Origin: Candidatus Hydrogenedentota bacterium
GTDB taxonomy: Bacteria > Hydrogenedentota > Hydrogenedentia > Hydrogenedentales > SLHB01
DNA: 62,864 bases
Direction: 5' to 3'
Assembly: GCA_034408725.1 (NCBI GenBank)
Contig: JAWXCN010000014.1
Location: forward strand, 1-62,864
A program made the translations under genes and the position numbers. The notes under the pieces are model-generated. The model saw only the letters and a list, made by a program, of their open reading frames with translations. It was not told where the DNA came from and did no database searches. This document shows positions 10,880 through 19,946 of the stretch, piece by piece; the stretch's first letter is position 1, and every line of letters begins with the position of its first letter.

Positions 10880-10900
10880 ATCTACCTCACCGTCCTTTGT

Positions 10901-12331
10901 CTACACCCGCACGTCGGATGCGCCGCCCAAATGGTCCTTGTGCCGCGCCAACACCGGTCGCACTTCGTCCTCAATGAATTCTTCGACCTGTTCCGGGGCG
11001 CGTCCAACAAATTCGCGGAGATCGAGCGTCGCTTCGATTTCCTGCCGCGTCATGCCGATCCCCGGATCGTTTGCAAGCCGATCCAGCAGATCGTTGTCTT
11101 TCCCATCCATTTTGACGGATCGCGCGGCCGCCTGTGAATGCCGACGAATGATTTCGTGCAGTTCCTGGCGGTCGCCCCCGCGCTTTACGCAGGCCATGAG
11201 GATATTTTCCGTGGCCATGAAGGGCAACTCAGCGCAAACGTGGCGCTCGATTGCGCCCGGATATACGTCGGGAGCTTCGATGATGCTCAGGTACAGGTTC
11301 AACACGGCGTCGGCCGCAAGGAACGATTCCGGCAGACTGATGCGCCGTATCGCTGAATCGTCCAACGTGCGCTCGAACCATTGCGTGGCGCTCGTGAGTT
11401 CGGCGTGAAGCGGCGCGACTATCAGGAAGCGCGCCAATGCGCAGGCGCGTTCGCACCGCATCGGGTTACGCTTGTACGCCATTGCCGAGCTGCCGATCTG
11501 CTTTTCGCCGAACGGCTCCTCGATTTCCTTGAGGTTTTGCAAGAGCCGCATGTCGGTCCCAAACTTGTGGACGCTTTCGCCAATTCCGGCGAGCACGCGC
11601 AGCACTTGCGAATCCACTTTTCGCGGGTAAGTCTGGCCCGTAACGGCGTAGGCCTTGTCGAACCCCAGTTTTTTCGAGACACGTTCTTCGAGTTGCTTGA
11701 CCTTGTAGTGATCACCCTCGAATAGTGACAGAAAGGAAGCTTGTGTGCCCGTCGTACCCTTGACGCCGCGGCATCGCAAGCGTTCAAGCGTGCGCTCGAT
11801 GTCCTCGATGTCAAAGAGCAAGTCCTGCGCCCAAAGGCATGCGCGCTTGCCGACGGTTACCAGTTGCGCAGGTTGATAATGCGTATACCCCAGCGTCGGG
11901 AGGTCTTTCCATTCCATGGCGAAAGTGGCCAGTTGATCGAGCACCGACACCGCTTTGCGCAACAACATCAGCAGACCTTCGCGCATGAGAATAAGGTCGG
12001 TGTTGTCGCCGACATAACAACTGGTCGCGCCCAAGTGAATAATCGGACGCGCGGTCGGCGCAACCAGACCATAAGCGTGTACATGCGCCATGACGTCGTG
12101 GCGCAATTCGCGCTCGAATCGTTCCGCGGCCGCGAAATCGATGTTGTCAACGTGCGCGCGCAACTCGTCGATCTGTTCGGTGCTTATGGGCAGACCGAGT
12201 TCCTGTTCGGCTTCCGCAAGCGCAACCCAGCAGCGGCGCCACGTCGAGAATTTCTTCTGAGCGCCCCACAACTGCGCCATTTCTTTCGTTGCGAACCGCT
12301 CGACAAGCGGGCTCACGTATTCGGTGGTCAT
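10901..12331 (-). CDS. purB: Adenylosuccinate lyase
   Basis: RHDVMAHV, IHLGATS, THYQPAQ, GSSAMAYKRNP signature. Confidence 0.96.
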   Translation of the reverse strand: MTTEYVSPLVERFATKEMAQLWGAQKKFSTWRRCWVALAEAEQELGLPISTEQIDELRAHVDNIDFAAAERFERELRHDVMAHVHAYGLVAPTARPIIHLGATSCYVGDNTDLILMREGLLMLLRKAVSVLDQLATFAMEWKDLPTLGYTHYQPAQLVTVGKRACLWAQDLLFDIEDIERTLERLRCRGVKGTTGTQASFLSLFEGDHYKVKQLEERVSKKLGFDKAYAVTGQTYPRKVDSQVLRVLAGIGESVHKFGTDMRLLQNLKEIEEPFGEKQIGSSAMAYKRNPMRCERACALARFLIVAPLHAELTSATQWFERTLDDSAIRRISLPESFLAADAVLNLYLSIIEAPDVYPGAIERHVCAELPFMATENILMACVKRGGDRQELHEIIRRHSQAAARSVKMDGKDNDLLDRLANDPGIGMTRQEIEATLDLREFVGRAPEQVEEFIEDEVRPVLARHKDHLGGASDVRV

Positions 12332-12337
12332 TCGTTG

Positions 12338-13186
12338 CTAATCCCTTCCCAATAGCCGGTCGAAATCGCGGCGCCATCGCTTTTGCAAAGAGTCGCGGCT
12401 GAGCGCGCGCATCAATCCATATACCAATGAGCCGCACTCTTTCTGCCGCGCCAGCGCGATTTCGCTGGCCGGCTCCAATTCGGTGACCCTTTGATAATAA
12501 AAAAGCGCCTGTTCATAGAATTTCAGTTCTCGAAAGCAATCCCCTAAACAGAGCCACAGGAGCGGCGCGCGCGGCCGCTGATGGGCCGCCTCCGCAAGAA
12601 AACCCGCAGCCAACGCAAAGTGTTTTGCATCGAGCAGGACCCAGCCCGCAAGAAAGGCCGGTTCCCACGCATGCCGCGCCATTTGCATGGCCTGTTCAAA
12701 TGACGCAAGCGCATCGTTTCTATGCGCGGGATTCATCTTCAACTGCAACTCGCCGCGCACGCTCCGCGCATACCACGATAATTCCGCCGCGTCAACGCTC
12801 ACATCGGAGTATCGCATGGCTTCTTGGAAATTTCCCTGGTGCGCGAGTACAAGCGCGCGGGACGCGTACAGGAGGCGCACTTGCTTGAACGCCTCGTGTG
12901 CTTCCTGCGATGCGGAGGCCGCTTCCGTCATTCGGCGCGCCCTGACCAGTGTATCTATAAGTTCGGCCCATGCGTCGAAATGATGATCGTTCAGGGCGGT
13001 AGCTTTTCGATAAAACTCCGTTGCCGCGCGAAAATGTCCCGCCGCGCGCATCTCCCGCGCCGCCCGGTAAAACGAGGCCGAATCATTCGGCATGGCCAAC
13101 GCCGCCGCAGGCTCCTTCTGAGAGGAACGGCGCGTTTGCGCGATGCCCGGCGTGCTGTCGAGTTCGAGCCAGTCAAACCGATCCAT
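12338..13186 (-). CDS. Tetratricopeptide repeat protein
   Basis: Helical TPR-like repeats (WLCLGDCFRELKFYEQALFYYQRVTELEP); start at MDRFDWLE inferred from RBS GGAAGG. Confidence 0.8.
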   Translation of the reverse strand: MDRFDWLELDSTPGIAQTRRSSQKEPAAALAMPNDSASFYRAAREMRAAGHFRAATEFYRKATALNDHHFDAWAELIDTLVRARRMTEAASASQEAHEAFKQVRLLYASRALVLAHQGNFQEAMRYSDVSVDAAELSWYARSVRGELQLKMNPAHRNDALASFEQAMQMARHAWEPAFLAGWVLLDAKHFALAAGFLAEAAHQRPRAPLLWLCLGDCFRELKFYEQALFYYQRVTELEPASEIALARQKECGSLVYGLMRALSRDSLQKRWRRDFDRLLGRD

Positions 13187-13199
13187 GACGCCTTCCACC

Positions 13200-14717
13200 T
13201 TATGGTTGCCGCGCCGTAGTGACGGGCCGGGCTCGCGTGCGCGCCCATTCCCGCAATTCCGCGATTCGTTCGCGCATCGTCTTCGATAAGGGCACCATCT
13301 CGCGAATACTTCCAAGAATATCGTCAGTGGTTACGTCGCGCCCGGCAAAAAAGCTGTCGTGCATGGCCGACACGATCGCCTGTTCGACTTCCGCGCCACT
13401 ATATCCTTCCGAAGCTTTTGCCAGGTTCGTAACGTCGAATACACTTGGATTGCGCTTCATTTTGGCGAGATGTATCGCAAAAATTTCCGCCCGCTCGAAT
13501 TCTCCGGGAAGGTCTACAAAGAAGACTTCGTCAAAGCGGCCCTTCCGTAGTAATTCTGGCGGCAATCCCTGCACATCATTCGCAGTTGCCACGAGAAACA
13601 CCGGCGCGGTTTTCTCTTGAAGCCACGTCAGAAATGTCCCGACTACACGCGCTGTGGTCCCGGAATCACCACTTCCCGAGCCGGCAACACCCGCAAAAGC
13701 TTTCTCAATCTCGTCAACCCAGAGTATGACGGGTGCGACACTTTCCGCAATGTGCAGGGCCTTGCGCATGTTCTGCTCCGAACTGCCGATGTAACTTTGA
13801 AAGATCATGCTCATATCCATGCGCAGGAGCGGCAGGCGCCACGCGGCGGAAATCGTTTTTGCGGCAAGGCTTTTTCCGCATCCTTGCACGCCCAGCAACA
13901 AAATGCCTTTGGGCTGGGGAAGACCATACTCGCGGGCATCCTGTCCGAACGCGCGTATGCGTTTGCGCAACCAATCTTTAAGAAGGTTCATTCCACCTAC
14001 ACCGGCGAGATCGTCATGTACTTCATAAAATTCCAATAGGCCAGACTTGCGTATGACCTGGCGCTTTTCAGCAGCAACGGCTTTAACGTCGTCGGGACCA
14101 AGCGTCCCATCATTGACGATGGCATGGGCGAACGCGTTTTCTGCTTCGGTCAGTGTCAGGCCCTGCGCGGCTTTCACCATCGCGTCGCGATCAGCGGGGG
14201 AGAGGCGCACATCGAACTTCTTGCTCGCGCCGCCGCTACGAATGGTGTGTTCAAGCAATTCGCTCAGCACTTCATACGAAGGCAGCGGCATGTCGATGAT
14301 GGTCAGCGACTTTTCGAGCTCGGGCGGAACCAAAAGCGTAGGGGAGAGGAGTATCAAAGTTTTCTTGGTGCGCCGGAGCGCGGAAGCGAGGTCGCGCAGT
14401 TGCCGCACGATTTCGGGCGTCTCAAGGTACACATGAAAATCCTTGAGAATGTACAAGGCTGAAACGTCCGCCTGCAAAACTTCATTCAGCACCGCGAGTG
14501 GTTCGCGCAGGCGTTTGGCCGCCGTGCGGCCTTCCGGCGAACCATTCATCGAACGCAATCCGTCCGTTATGCTCCATTCGAAAAGATGCTTATTCATCGC
14601 GCCGGCAAGATCGAGCAGCACGCGCCGCGCACGGTCTTCTTCCCAGGTGACGATATATAAGAGCGAATACCGCGCCCGAACCAATGACTCGAGCTCTCGC
14701 AGAAACGATTGGCTCAT
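13200..14717 (-). CDS. Ycf46-like AAA+ ATPase
   Basis: YILKDFH N-domain, Walker A GVQGCGKS, Walker B WVDEIEK, PPELLRKGRFDE, LREWARTRARP. Confidence 0.9.
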   Translation of the reverse strand: MSQSFLRELESLVRARYSLLYIVTWEEDRARRVLLDLAGAMNKHLFEWSITDGLRSMNGSPEGRTAAKRLREPLAVLNEVLQADVSALYILKDFHVYLETPEIVRQLRDLASALRRTKKTLILLSPTLLVPPELEKSLTIIDMPLPSYEVLSELLEHTIRSGGASKKFDVRLSPADRDAMVKAAQGLTLTEAENAFAHAIVNDGTLGPDDVKAVAAEKRQVIRKSGLLEFYEVHDDLAGVGGMNLLKDWLRKRIRAFGQDAREYGLPQPKGILLLGVQGCGKSLAAKTISAAWRLPLLRMDMSMIFQSYIGSSEQNMRKALHIAESVAPVILWVDEIEKAFAGVAGSGSGDSGTTARVVGTFLTWLQEKTAPVFLVATANDVQGLPPELLRKGRFDEVFFVDLPGEFERAEIFAIHLAKMKRNPSVFDVTNLAKASEGYSGAEVEQAIVSAMHDSFFAGRDVTTDDILGSIREMVPLSKTMRERIAELREWARTRARPVTTARQP

Positions 14718-15364
14718 GCGGCCTGCGCGTCGCGCAACGCCAACGCGAATCCGGTGTCAGTAGCCACGGCGGCGACGGCGGAGATGGGGTGAGCACGTTC
14801 GGCGAACACGCCCCCGTTCAGCAGGAATTCGCACACCGATTCAGGCGCCTCGCAGGTGAACGCCCCGGTCTGTTCGTTGACGACATCGTCTTCTTCATAC
14901 GTGGCGACGTATGCGAACCGGCCAGGTTTGAGGTGCAATTGCTTTACCACAAGGGCGTCTTTCCGGACCGTCGCGAGCCAACACGCGCTTGATCCTCGAT
15001 CAACCACGGAGCAGATTCGTGGTGTGTTGAAGCTGTCGTGTTCGTAGTCCAACGCAAGCAGCGAGAGCGCAAGCGCATCGCGAATGGGCATGCCACCGTC
15101 TATTTTCTCGGCGACCGGATCCGTCTGACTGCCATTGGTGAGCACTGCCACCTGGCCGCTGCGCACTATCCGCGCGCAGTTGTACGCGATGTAAGGGTTC
15201 TTCTCGACGTCGCCTTCGTGGCCTTGTTTCGGGATGATGCTGACCGCGTTCTCCCGCTCGATCGCGCGCCGGTTTGGAAAGGAACGGCTCGATACCCTGT
15301 AACCGGCAAAAACCCGTCCGGATGGTGTTATCCCTACACAGACAATGCGTCCCACGTACAGCAT
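14714..15364 (-). CDS. purO: IMP cyclohydrolase, archaeal PurO type
   Basis: YVGRIV, YRVSSRSFPNR, NPYIAYNC, TNGSQTD, RDALALSLLALDYEHDSFNTPRI match the archaeal PurO pattern. Confidence 0.85.
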   Translation of the reverse strand: MLYVGRIVCVGITPSGRVFAGYRVSSRSFPNRRAIERENAVSIIPKQGHEGDVEKNPYIAYNCARIVRSGQVAVLTNGSQTDPVAEKIDGGMPIRDALALSLLALDYEHDSFNTPRICSVVDRGSSACWLATVRKDALVVKQLHLKPGRFAYVATYEEDDVVNEQTGAFTCEAPESVCEFLLNGGVFAERAHPISAVAAVATDTGFALALRDAQAA

Positions 15365-15439
15365 GATAATGCCCCTGATTTCCCCACTCTCGAACATTCT
15401 AACTGGAGCGGGTAAGATCATGCGAACATGGAGTGTTTA

Positions 15440-16039
15440 CTAAGGATTCATGGAAATTTGCGCGGGATTCAGGGGAATCTCTTCCCAGTCGCTCCAGGCC
15501 TCGTCGCAATGGGCCCACTTGCGAAGAAACCGCTGCACGCGCGCCGTATCGGCAATCAGGAGCGTTGAATCATCCTGGGCGATGTGACCAATCCAGAGGC
15601 GCCCCTTATCTCGCCGTTCCTTTACCCAACCGTGGTTCATTGTCCGCATGCGAAATAATCCGTCCGTCCGTTCGATCTGGTAGAAAACATGCACCGGTGT
15701 CGTGTACAGACCAACGGTCATTGGCAGCCCACTATTCAACTTCTCCATCGCATCAAACGTTTCTTCCGGTATGGTGAGGTCCATATATATTTCGGAGCCA
15801 AGCCGGACAAAGTGCGCGGACGCAGTCACGGATGATTCCTTTTCTTTGACACTGAATAGATACCCATCTCCTTCTCGTACAAACGAGAACGTCGTCTCGT
15901 CGTCTCCCTTCCACGTCCCTTCCACTTCTGGGACTTGCACCAGGTCTTCGTCTGTATAGATCGGGTTTAGAGAACGCACCATGCATCCCGCGAGCAGAAG
16001 TGGCGCGAGAAACACGAGGCAAAGATAGGAGTTTCGCAT
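15440..16039 (-). CDS. Hypothetical lipoprotein
   Basis: Lipobox LLAGC followed by SLNPIYT. Confidence 0.7.
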   Translation of the reverse strand: MRNSYLCLVFLAPLLLAGCMVRSLNPIYTDEDLVQVPEVEGTWKGDDETTFSFVREGDGYLFSVKEKESSVTASAHFVRLGSEIYMDLTIPEETFDAMEKLNSGLPMTVGLYTTPVHVFYQIERTDGLFRMRTMNHGWVKERRDKGRLWIGHIAQDDSTLLIADTARVQRFLRKWAHCDEAWSDWEEIPLNPAQISMNP

Positions 16040-16128
16040 AGCAGGTCCCGTCCGTGAGTATGAGAAAGCTTGTGCAATTCTATCACAGGGCGGCAACCGG
16101 CTCCTGCGCAGGTGGATATCGCGGAAGG

Positions 16129-17109
16129 TCAGGTCAGAACTTCCGGGTTAATACAATTCGGCGGACGTTCGCCGCGCAGGCGAGCAATGATGTTCGTGGC
16201 CGCGATGGCCGCCATTTTGCCGCGCGTCTCGTGCGTTGCGCTTCCAAGGTGGGGGAGAAGGACCACCTTTTCGCAGAGACGAAGCCCGGGCTCGATCACA
16301 GGTTCGTTTTCGTAAACATCGAGTCCGGCCCCGGCGATGTCTTCGAGTTCCAACGCTTTCACAAGCGCTGCCTCATCGACTATCGGTCCGCGCGCGGTGT
16401 TAATGAGATAAGCCGACTTTTTCATCGCGGCGAATTCCATGGCGCCAAATGCGTGCCTGGTTTCGGGTGTGAGCGGACAATGAAGGCTGAGAAAATCAGA
16501 CTCGGCGATCAGGGTCGCTTTATCGGTGTAGCGAGCGCGCAGTTCGTTCTCCGTCAAGGGGTCGAGCCGCGTGCGGTTTGTATAAAGAATGATCATTCCG
16601 AAACCCGACGCGCGGCGCGCCACGGCTTGGCCGATTCGGCCCATTCCAAAGATCCCGAGTGTCTTGCCGAATACATCCGAACCAAGCAACTGCATCGGTC
16701 CCCAGCCGGACCATTCATTCGCGCGCACCATGCGCTCTCCGTCGCCAATGCGCCGCGCGACCGCGAGAATTAGTGCGAACGTCAAATCGGCGGTTGAGTC
16801 CGTTAAAACGCCAGGTGTGTTGGTAATCGGAATTTTACGCGACGTCGCCGCGGGCATGTCGATGTTGTTGTACCCAACGGCAAAATTCGCGACAATTCTT
16901 AACTGGGGTCCCGCCGCGTCCAGCACTTCGCCGTCAATACGATCGGTCAGTATCGGTAAGATGGCGTCCGCGCCCTTTACTCCCGCGAGAAGTTCTTCGC
17001 GCGTGATAATTCGGTCTTCGGGAAATACAGTAACGTTTTTCTTTCCAAACGCTTCGTAGAGCATGTCCAGGCCAGTGTCGGGAATTCGCCGGGCAACAAA
17101 GATGCGCAT
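16129..17109 (-). CDS. Glyoxylate/hydroxypyruvate reductase (D-2-hydroxyacid dehydrogenase)
   Basis: AVGYNNID, TNTPGVLT, GMGRIG, INTARG, LDVYENEP, PHLGSAT. Confidence 0.92.
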   Translation of the reverse strand: MRIFVARRIPDTGLDMLYEAFGKKNVTVFPEDRIITREELLAGVKGADAILPILTDRIDGEVLDAAGPQLRIVANFAVGYNNIDMPAATSRKIPITNTPGVLTDSTADLTFALILAVARRIGDGERMVRANEWSGWGPMQLLGSDVFGKTLGIFGMGRIGQAVARRASGFGMIILYTNRTRLDPLTENELRARYTDKATLIAESDFLSLHCPLTPETRHAFGAMEFAAMKKSAYLINTARGPIVDEAALVKALELEDIAGAGLDVYENEPVIEPGLRLCEKVVLLPHLGSATHETRGKMAAIAATNIIARLRGERPPNCINPEVLT

Positions 17110-17210
17110 TGCTCAATTCTCCTCGAAATTCACGCCGCACTTAACCGCGGATGCCTGACACGCTTGCCAGGAACGCGACCACCTGCTATTCTAAATATAG
17201 GAATTTCACC

Positions 17211-17441
17211 ATGGATTGGCGAGAATACATCGAACAACGGCCGGATGTCATGCTGGGCAAGCCGGTTTTCAAAGGAACGCGTTTAACCGTTGAGTTGATC
17301 CTGGAGCGGCTTGGCGCTGGTTCGCCGCAAAATGATTTGATGGATGCGTACCCACAATTGCGCACGGAGCATATTCAAGCCGCGCAAGCATTCGCTGCCG
17401 AGCTTTTAGCTAATACTGGACCGCTGGCAGCCAAACGATAG
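17211..17441 (+). CDS. DUF433 family antitoxin (type II TA)
   Basis: GKPVFKGTRLTVELILERL, YPQLRTEHIQAA. Confidence 0.88.
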   Translation: MDWREYIEQRPDVMLGKPVFKGTRLTVELILERLGAGSPQNDLMDAYPQLRTEHIQAAQAFAAELLANTGPLAAKR

Positions 17442-17851
17442 TGATGAAGCTTCTTGCTGACGTCAATATCGAATCTCGATTGGTACGTTGGTTGCGCTCC
17501 GAGGGACATGATGTAGTTTGGGCTACTGAATTGCAGCCATCGATTTCAGATGAATCGTTGCTTCAAATAGCCAGAGCTGACGGGCGGATTCTTATTACCT
17601 ACGATTTGGACTTCGGGCAACTGATATTCCGGCGAAAGTTGACGACGCATGGAATTGTGCTGTTGCGATTCCAGGCACGGCTTCAATTCGAACGGCACAC
17701 TTTGCTTCAACTTCATTGGCAATTCATTGCAGAAAATGCGGCTGGTCATTTTCCTGTGATTGAAGATAGAAGCACTCGCGGTCGGTCACTTCAATATCTG
17801 TCTACAGCTTTCTCCATGCCGCGTCGAGCGTGCGCTTCGACCCGCCGATAA
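17441..17851 (+). CDS. DUF5615 PIN-like toxin (VapC45-like); C-terminus reads through into the convergent gene
   Basis: LLADVNI, GHDV, DESLL, ILITYDLDFG; 50-bp tail overlap with the isomerase. Confidence 0.82.
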   Translation: MMKLLADVNIESRLVRWLRSEGHDVVWATELQPSISDESLLQIARADGRILITYDLDFGQLIFRRKLTTHGIVLLRFQARLQFERHTLLQLHWQFIAENAAGHFPVIEDRSTRGRSLQYLSTAFSMPRRACASTRR

Positions 17852-18710
17852 CTACTTCCGCGTCTTCTCCCTCCATTGGTTTTACTTCAAAGCTCAGAAC
17901 ACGTCGATTCCGTGTGGAAAGGTAACCGCTATCCATCAGTGCGCGCAGGTATTCCGTCAATTCCTTCACGTCATTACGCGTACCGGGCGCGCCGAACCTG
18001 GGATGATTGTCGCCATAGGCGGGATGCGCTGGGTCGTCCATGGCGCAGTTTCCGATGTGCGCGTGGACCAGATGGCTGCCCGCGGTCGCGATGGCTTCCG
18101 CGGAATTCTCAAATTGCAGGGGTAGATGGCTCAAGTCGAGCATGATGCCGAAATCAGGGAACTCCTTGCGCACCTCCTGTGAAACCGCCACAGCATCCGC
18201 ATTCGGTCCTATCAAAGAGTTTTTGCCAAAGGGCACCTGATCAAACGTCTCCAACACCAATGGCAGATCTTTCGATTTCGCATAGGCCGCGAGTTGTTTC
18301 AGCGTATCCACAAGCCGCTGCATTGCTGCGTCCGCATCTTCTGACACCTTGCCACTCAGTACCGCCACACCCTTACACCCAAGCTCGTGTGCCTGATCGA
18401 TCCCGGCTTTCACTGCGTCGATCGCTTTAATGCGCTCGGCGCTGTCGGCATGGTTAAGGTCCAGTCCTCCTCCAAGAAGGATCGGCTGCGCGCCAAAATA
18501 CAGATCGACGCGGGACTGTTCCGCGATATCTCGAACCATTTTGCGTGCCGCCTCATCCTTTACACGCGTCAATTCAATCGCTTCAAAATACAGATCGCTT
18601 GCTATCCGCGTGATGCTTTCAAGCACGGGACCCTCGCCGCCCATGCACGCGGGGTACGCCATAAAATGCACAATGCCTACGCGGGCGTAATCGTGAATCG
18701 AGCCGTTCAT
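17802..18710 (-). CDS. Sugar phosphate isomerase/epimerase (TIM barrel, AP endonuclease 2 family)
   Basis: LVLETFD, MLDLSHLP, VHAHIGN, YGDNHPRFG, SFEVKP. Confidence 0.85.
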   Translation of the reverse strand: MNGSIHDYARVGIVHFMAYPACMGGEGPVLESITRIASDLYFEAIELTRVKDEAARKMVRDIAEQSRVDLYFGAQPILLGGGLDLNHADSAERIKAIDAVKAGIDQAHELGCKGVAVLSGKVSEDADAAMQRLVDTLKQLAAYAKSKDLPLVLETFDQVPFGKNSLIGPNADAVAVSQEVRKEFPDFGIMLDLSHLPLQFENSAEAIATAGSHLVHAHIGNCAMDDPAHPAYGDNHPRFGAPGTRNDVKELTEYLRALMDSGYLSTRNRRVLSFEVKPMEGEDAEVVIGGSKRTLDAAWRKL

Positions 18711-18717
18711 CTCAAAG
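18672..18717. repeat. Direct repeat copy 1 (5' end of isomerase gene)
   Basis: TCGTGAATCGAGCCGTTCA (18691-18709) is identical to 19283-19301, with further partial flanking match. Confidence 0.85.
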
Positions 18718-18933
18718 CTGCTCCCATACATCCCTCTCGATCTGAGCTTGGCGCAATATGCGCGCTAACAGCTCTTTGCTGATATCACCTTTGTGGGGAT
18801 TGGGAATTACTACCGATTGAGCGCTGCCTTTTTTCATTAATTGGTGTCGCCCGCCCGCGATGGGTCCCTCAAACCCCAAAGCACGAAAACACCGGATCAG
18901 ATCGGCGCGACCGATAGGACCAAACTTGGGCAT
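18712..18933 (-). CDS. hicA: HicA family toxin
   Basis: ALGFEGPIAGGRHQLM, IPNPHKGDISKELLARILRQA. Confidence 0.9.
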   Translation of the reverse strand: MPKFGPIGRADLIRCFRALGFEGPIAGGRHQLMKKGSAQSVVIPNPHKGDISKELLARILRQAQIERDVWEQL

Positions 18934-19176
18934 TTATATGACGTCACGTACCGCCAACTCGAGGCCATCTATTGTGGGTAGAGGCATATTTTTCGAAACG
19001 CGAAAGAGAATCCAATCCTCGAGTGCAGACTCCAGTTCAACCCGGCATGCAACTTCGGTCACTTCGTTTGCCCAAACCCCCTCGCAATCGGGGATTTCTC
19101 CGTAGTAGGACTTGTCCTCTTCGAGAACCTCGAACTTCGCCCGGCGCATCGCTGCCTGAATATATTCGGTAAGCAT
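18934..19176 (-). CDS. hicB: HicB family antitoxin (short form)
   Basis: MLTEYIQAAMRRAKFE, YYGEIPDCEGVWA, LEDWI; extended -10 TGTAGAAT and palindrome CCCACA-N3-TGTGGG (19209-19223) upstream. Confidence 0.9.
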   Translation of the reverse strand: MLTEYIQAAMRRAKFEVLEEDKSYYGEIPDCEGVWANEVTEVACRVELESALEDWILFRVSKNMPLPTIDGLELAVRDVI

Positions 19177-19264
19177 GACGTAGACCTCTCAATTTATTCT
19201 ACATTGAACCCACAGTTTGTGGGATCGCTAAAAGATCGCGGCCGGAAAACCCGGGCTCCGCATT

Positions 19265-19308
19265 AATGCCAGCCCGGTGTACTCGTGAATCGAGCCGTTC
19301 ACTCAAAG
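19265..19308. repeat. Direct repeat copy 2 (decayed copy of isomerase 5' end)
   Basis: Matches 18672-18717; the minus strand reads GTG AAC GGC TCG ATT CAC GAG TAC, like the isomerase start MNGSIHDY. Confidence 0.85.
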
Positions 19309-19925
19309 ACCGCCTTCTTAGATTCTTGTATTTCGTGGCGCTCCGAGGCTCGTCGCATCACCCAAACGCCCCCGAAGATTAGTCCAGCACCCGCCCCTAA
19401 AAAGGGTAGTAAACCTATCACCATAAAGGCAGAATAAAATAGAGCAGAATCGAACGATTCCATTGATTCAAGAAATGAAAATGGTAGCAATGTGAATATC
19501 ATACTGATCGCGGAGCCGCCGAGGAAGCCTACTCCAATGCACGCGAGTTGGAGCATGTTGTCGCGCCAATTGAAAGACGGTAAAAATCCAACAGTATCAG
19601 CGATTTCTTGATATGTGGATTTCTTCCGGTAATTATCTACATCCGCTTGGAAGGTCGAATCTTTATGACTTTGTGCGGCGCTTTCATCCGTCAATGGTTG
19701 TACTTCGATTTTAACTGATCCCAAAGCAGGAATATCTTTCTGCTGCGATAAGCTTTGCACCAGCCATTGCTCCAGCGCGACTTGGAGATATTGTCGGCAT
19801 TGTTCAAGTGTCTCGGCCTTCGCCGATACGTTCGGTAACCCCGGAATTTCGCCGAGAAAGCGGGCATCCGGCCCCAATTCATAGTGGGCCATTCTCATGG
19901 CTTCATTGATATAGGCCGTTAACAT
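19299..19925 (-). CDS. HicB-like N-terminal domain fused to a two-TM membrane domain
   Basis: N-term MLTAYINEAMRMAHYE...GEIPGLPNVSA parallels the neighbouring HicB; the C-terminal half has two hydrophobic Gly-rich helices. Confidence 0.75.
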   Translation of the reverse strand: MLTAYINEAMRMAHYELGPDARFLGEIPGLPNVSAKAETLEQCRQYLQVALEQWLVQSLSQQKDIPALGSVKIEVQPLTDESAAQSHKDSTFQADVDNYRKKSTYQEIADTVGFLPSFNWRDNMLQLACIGVGFLGGSAISMIFTLLPFSFLESMESFDSALFYSAFMVIGLLPFLGAGAGLIFGGVWVMRRASERHEIQESKKAVFE

Positions 19926-19946
19926 TTGTTCGACCTCCAATGCACT

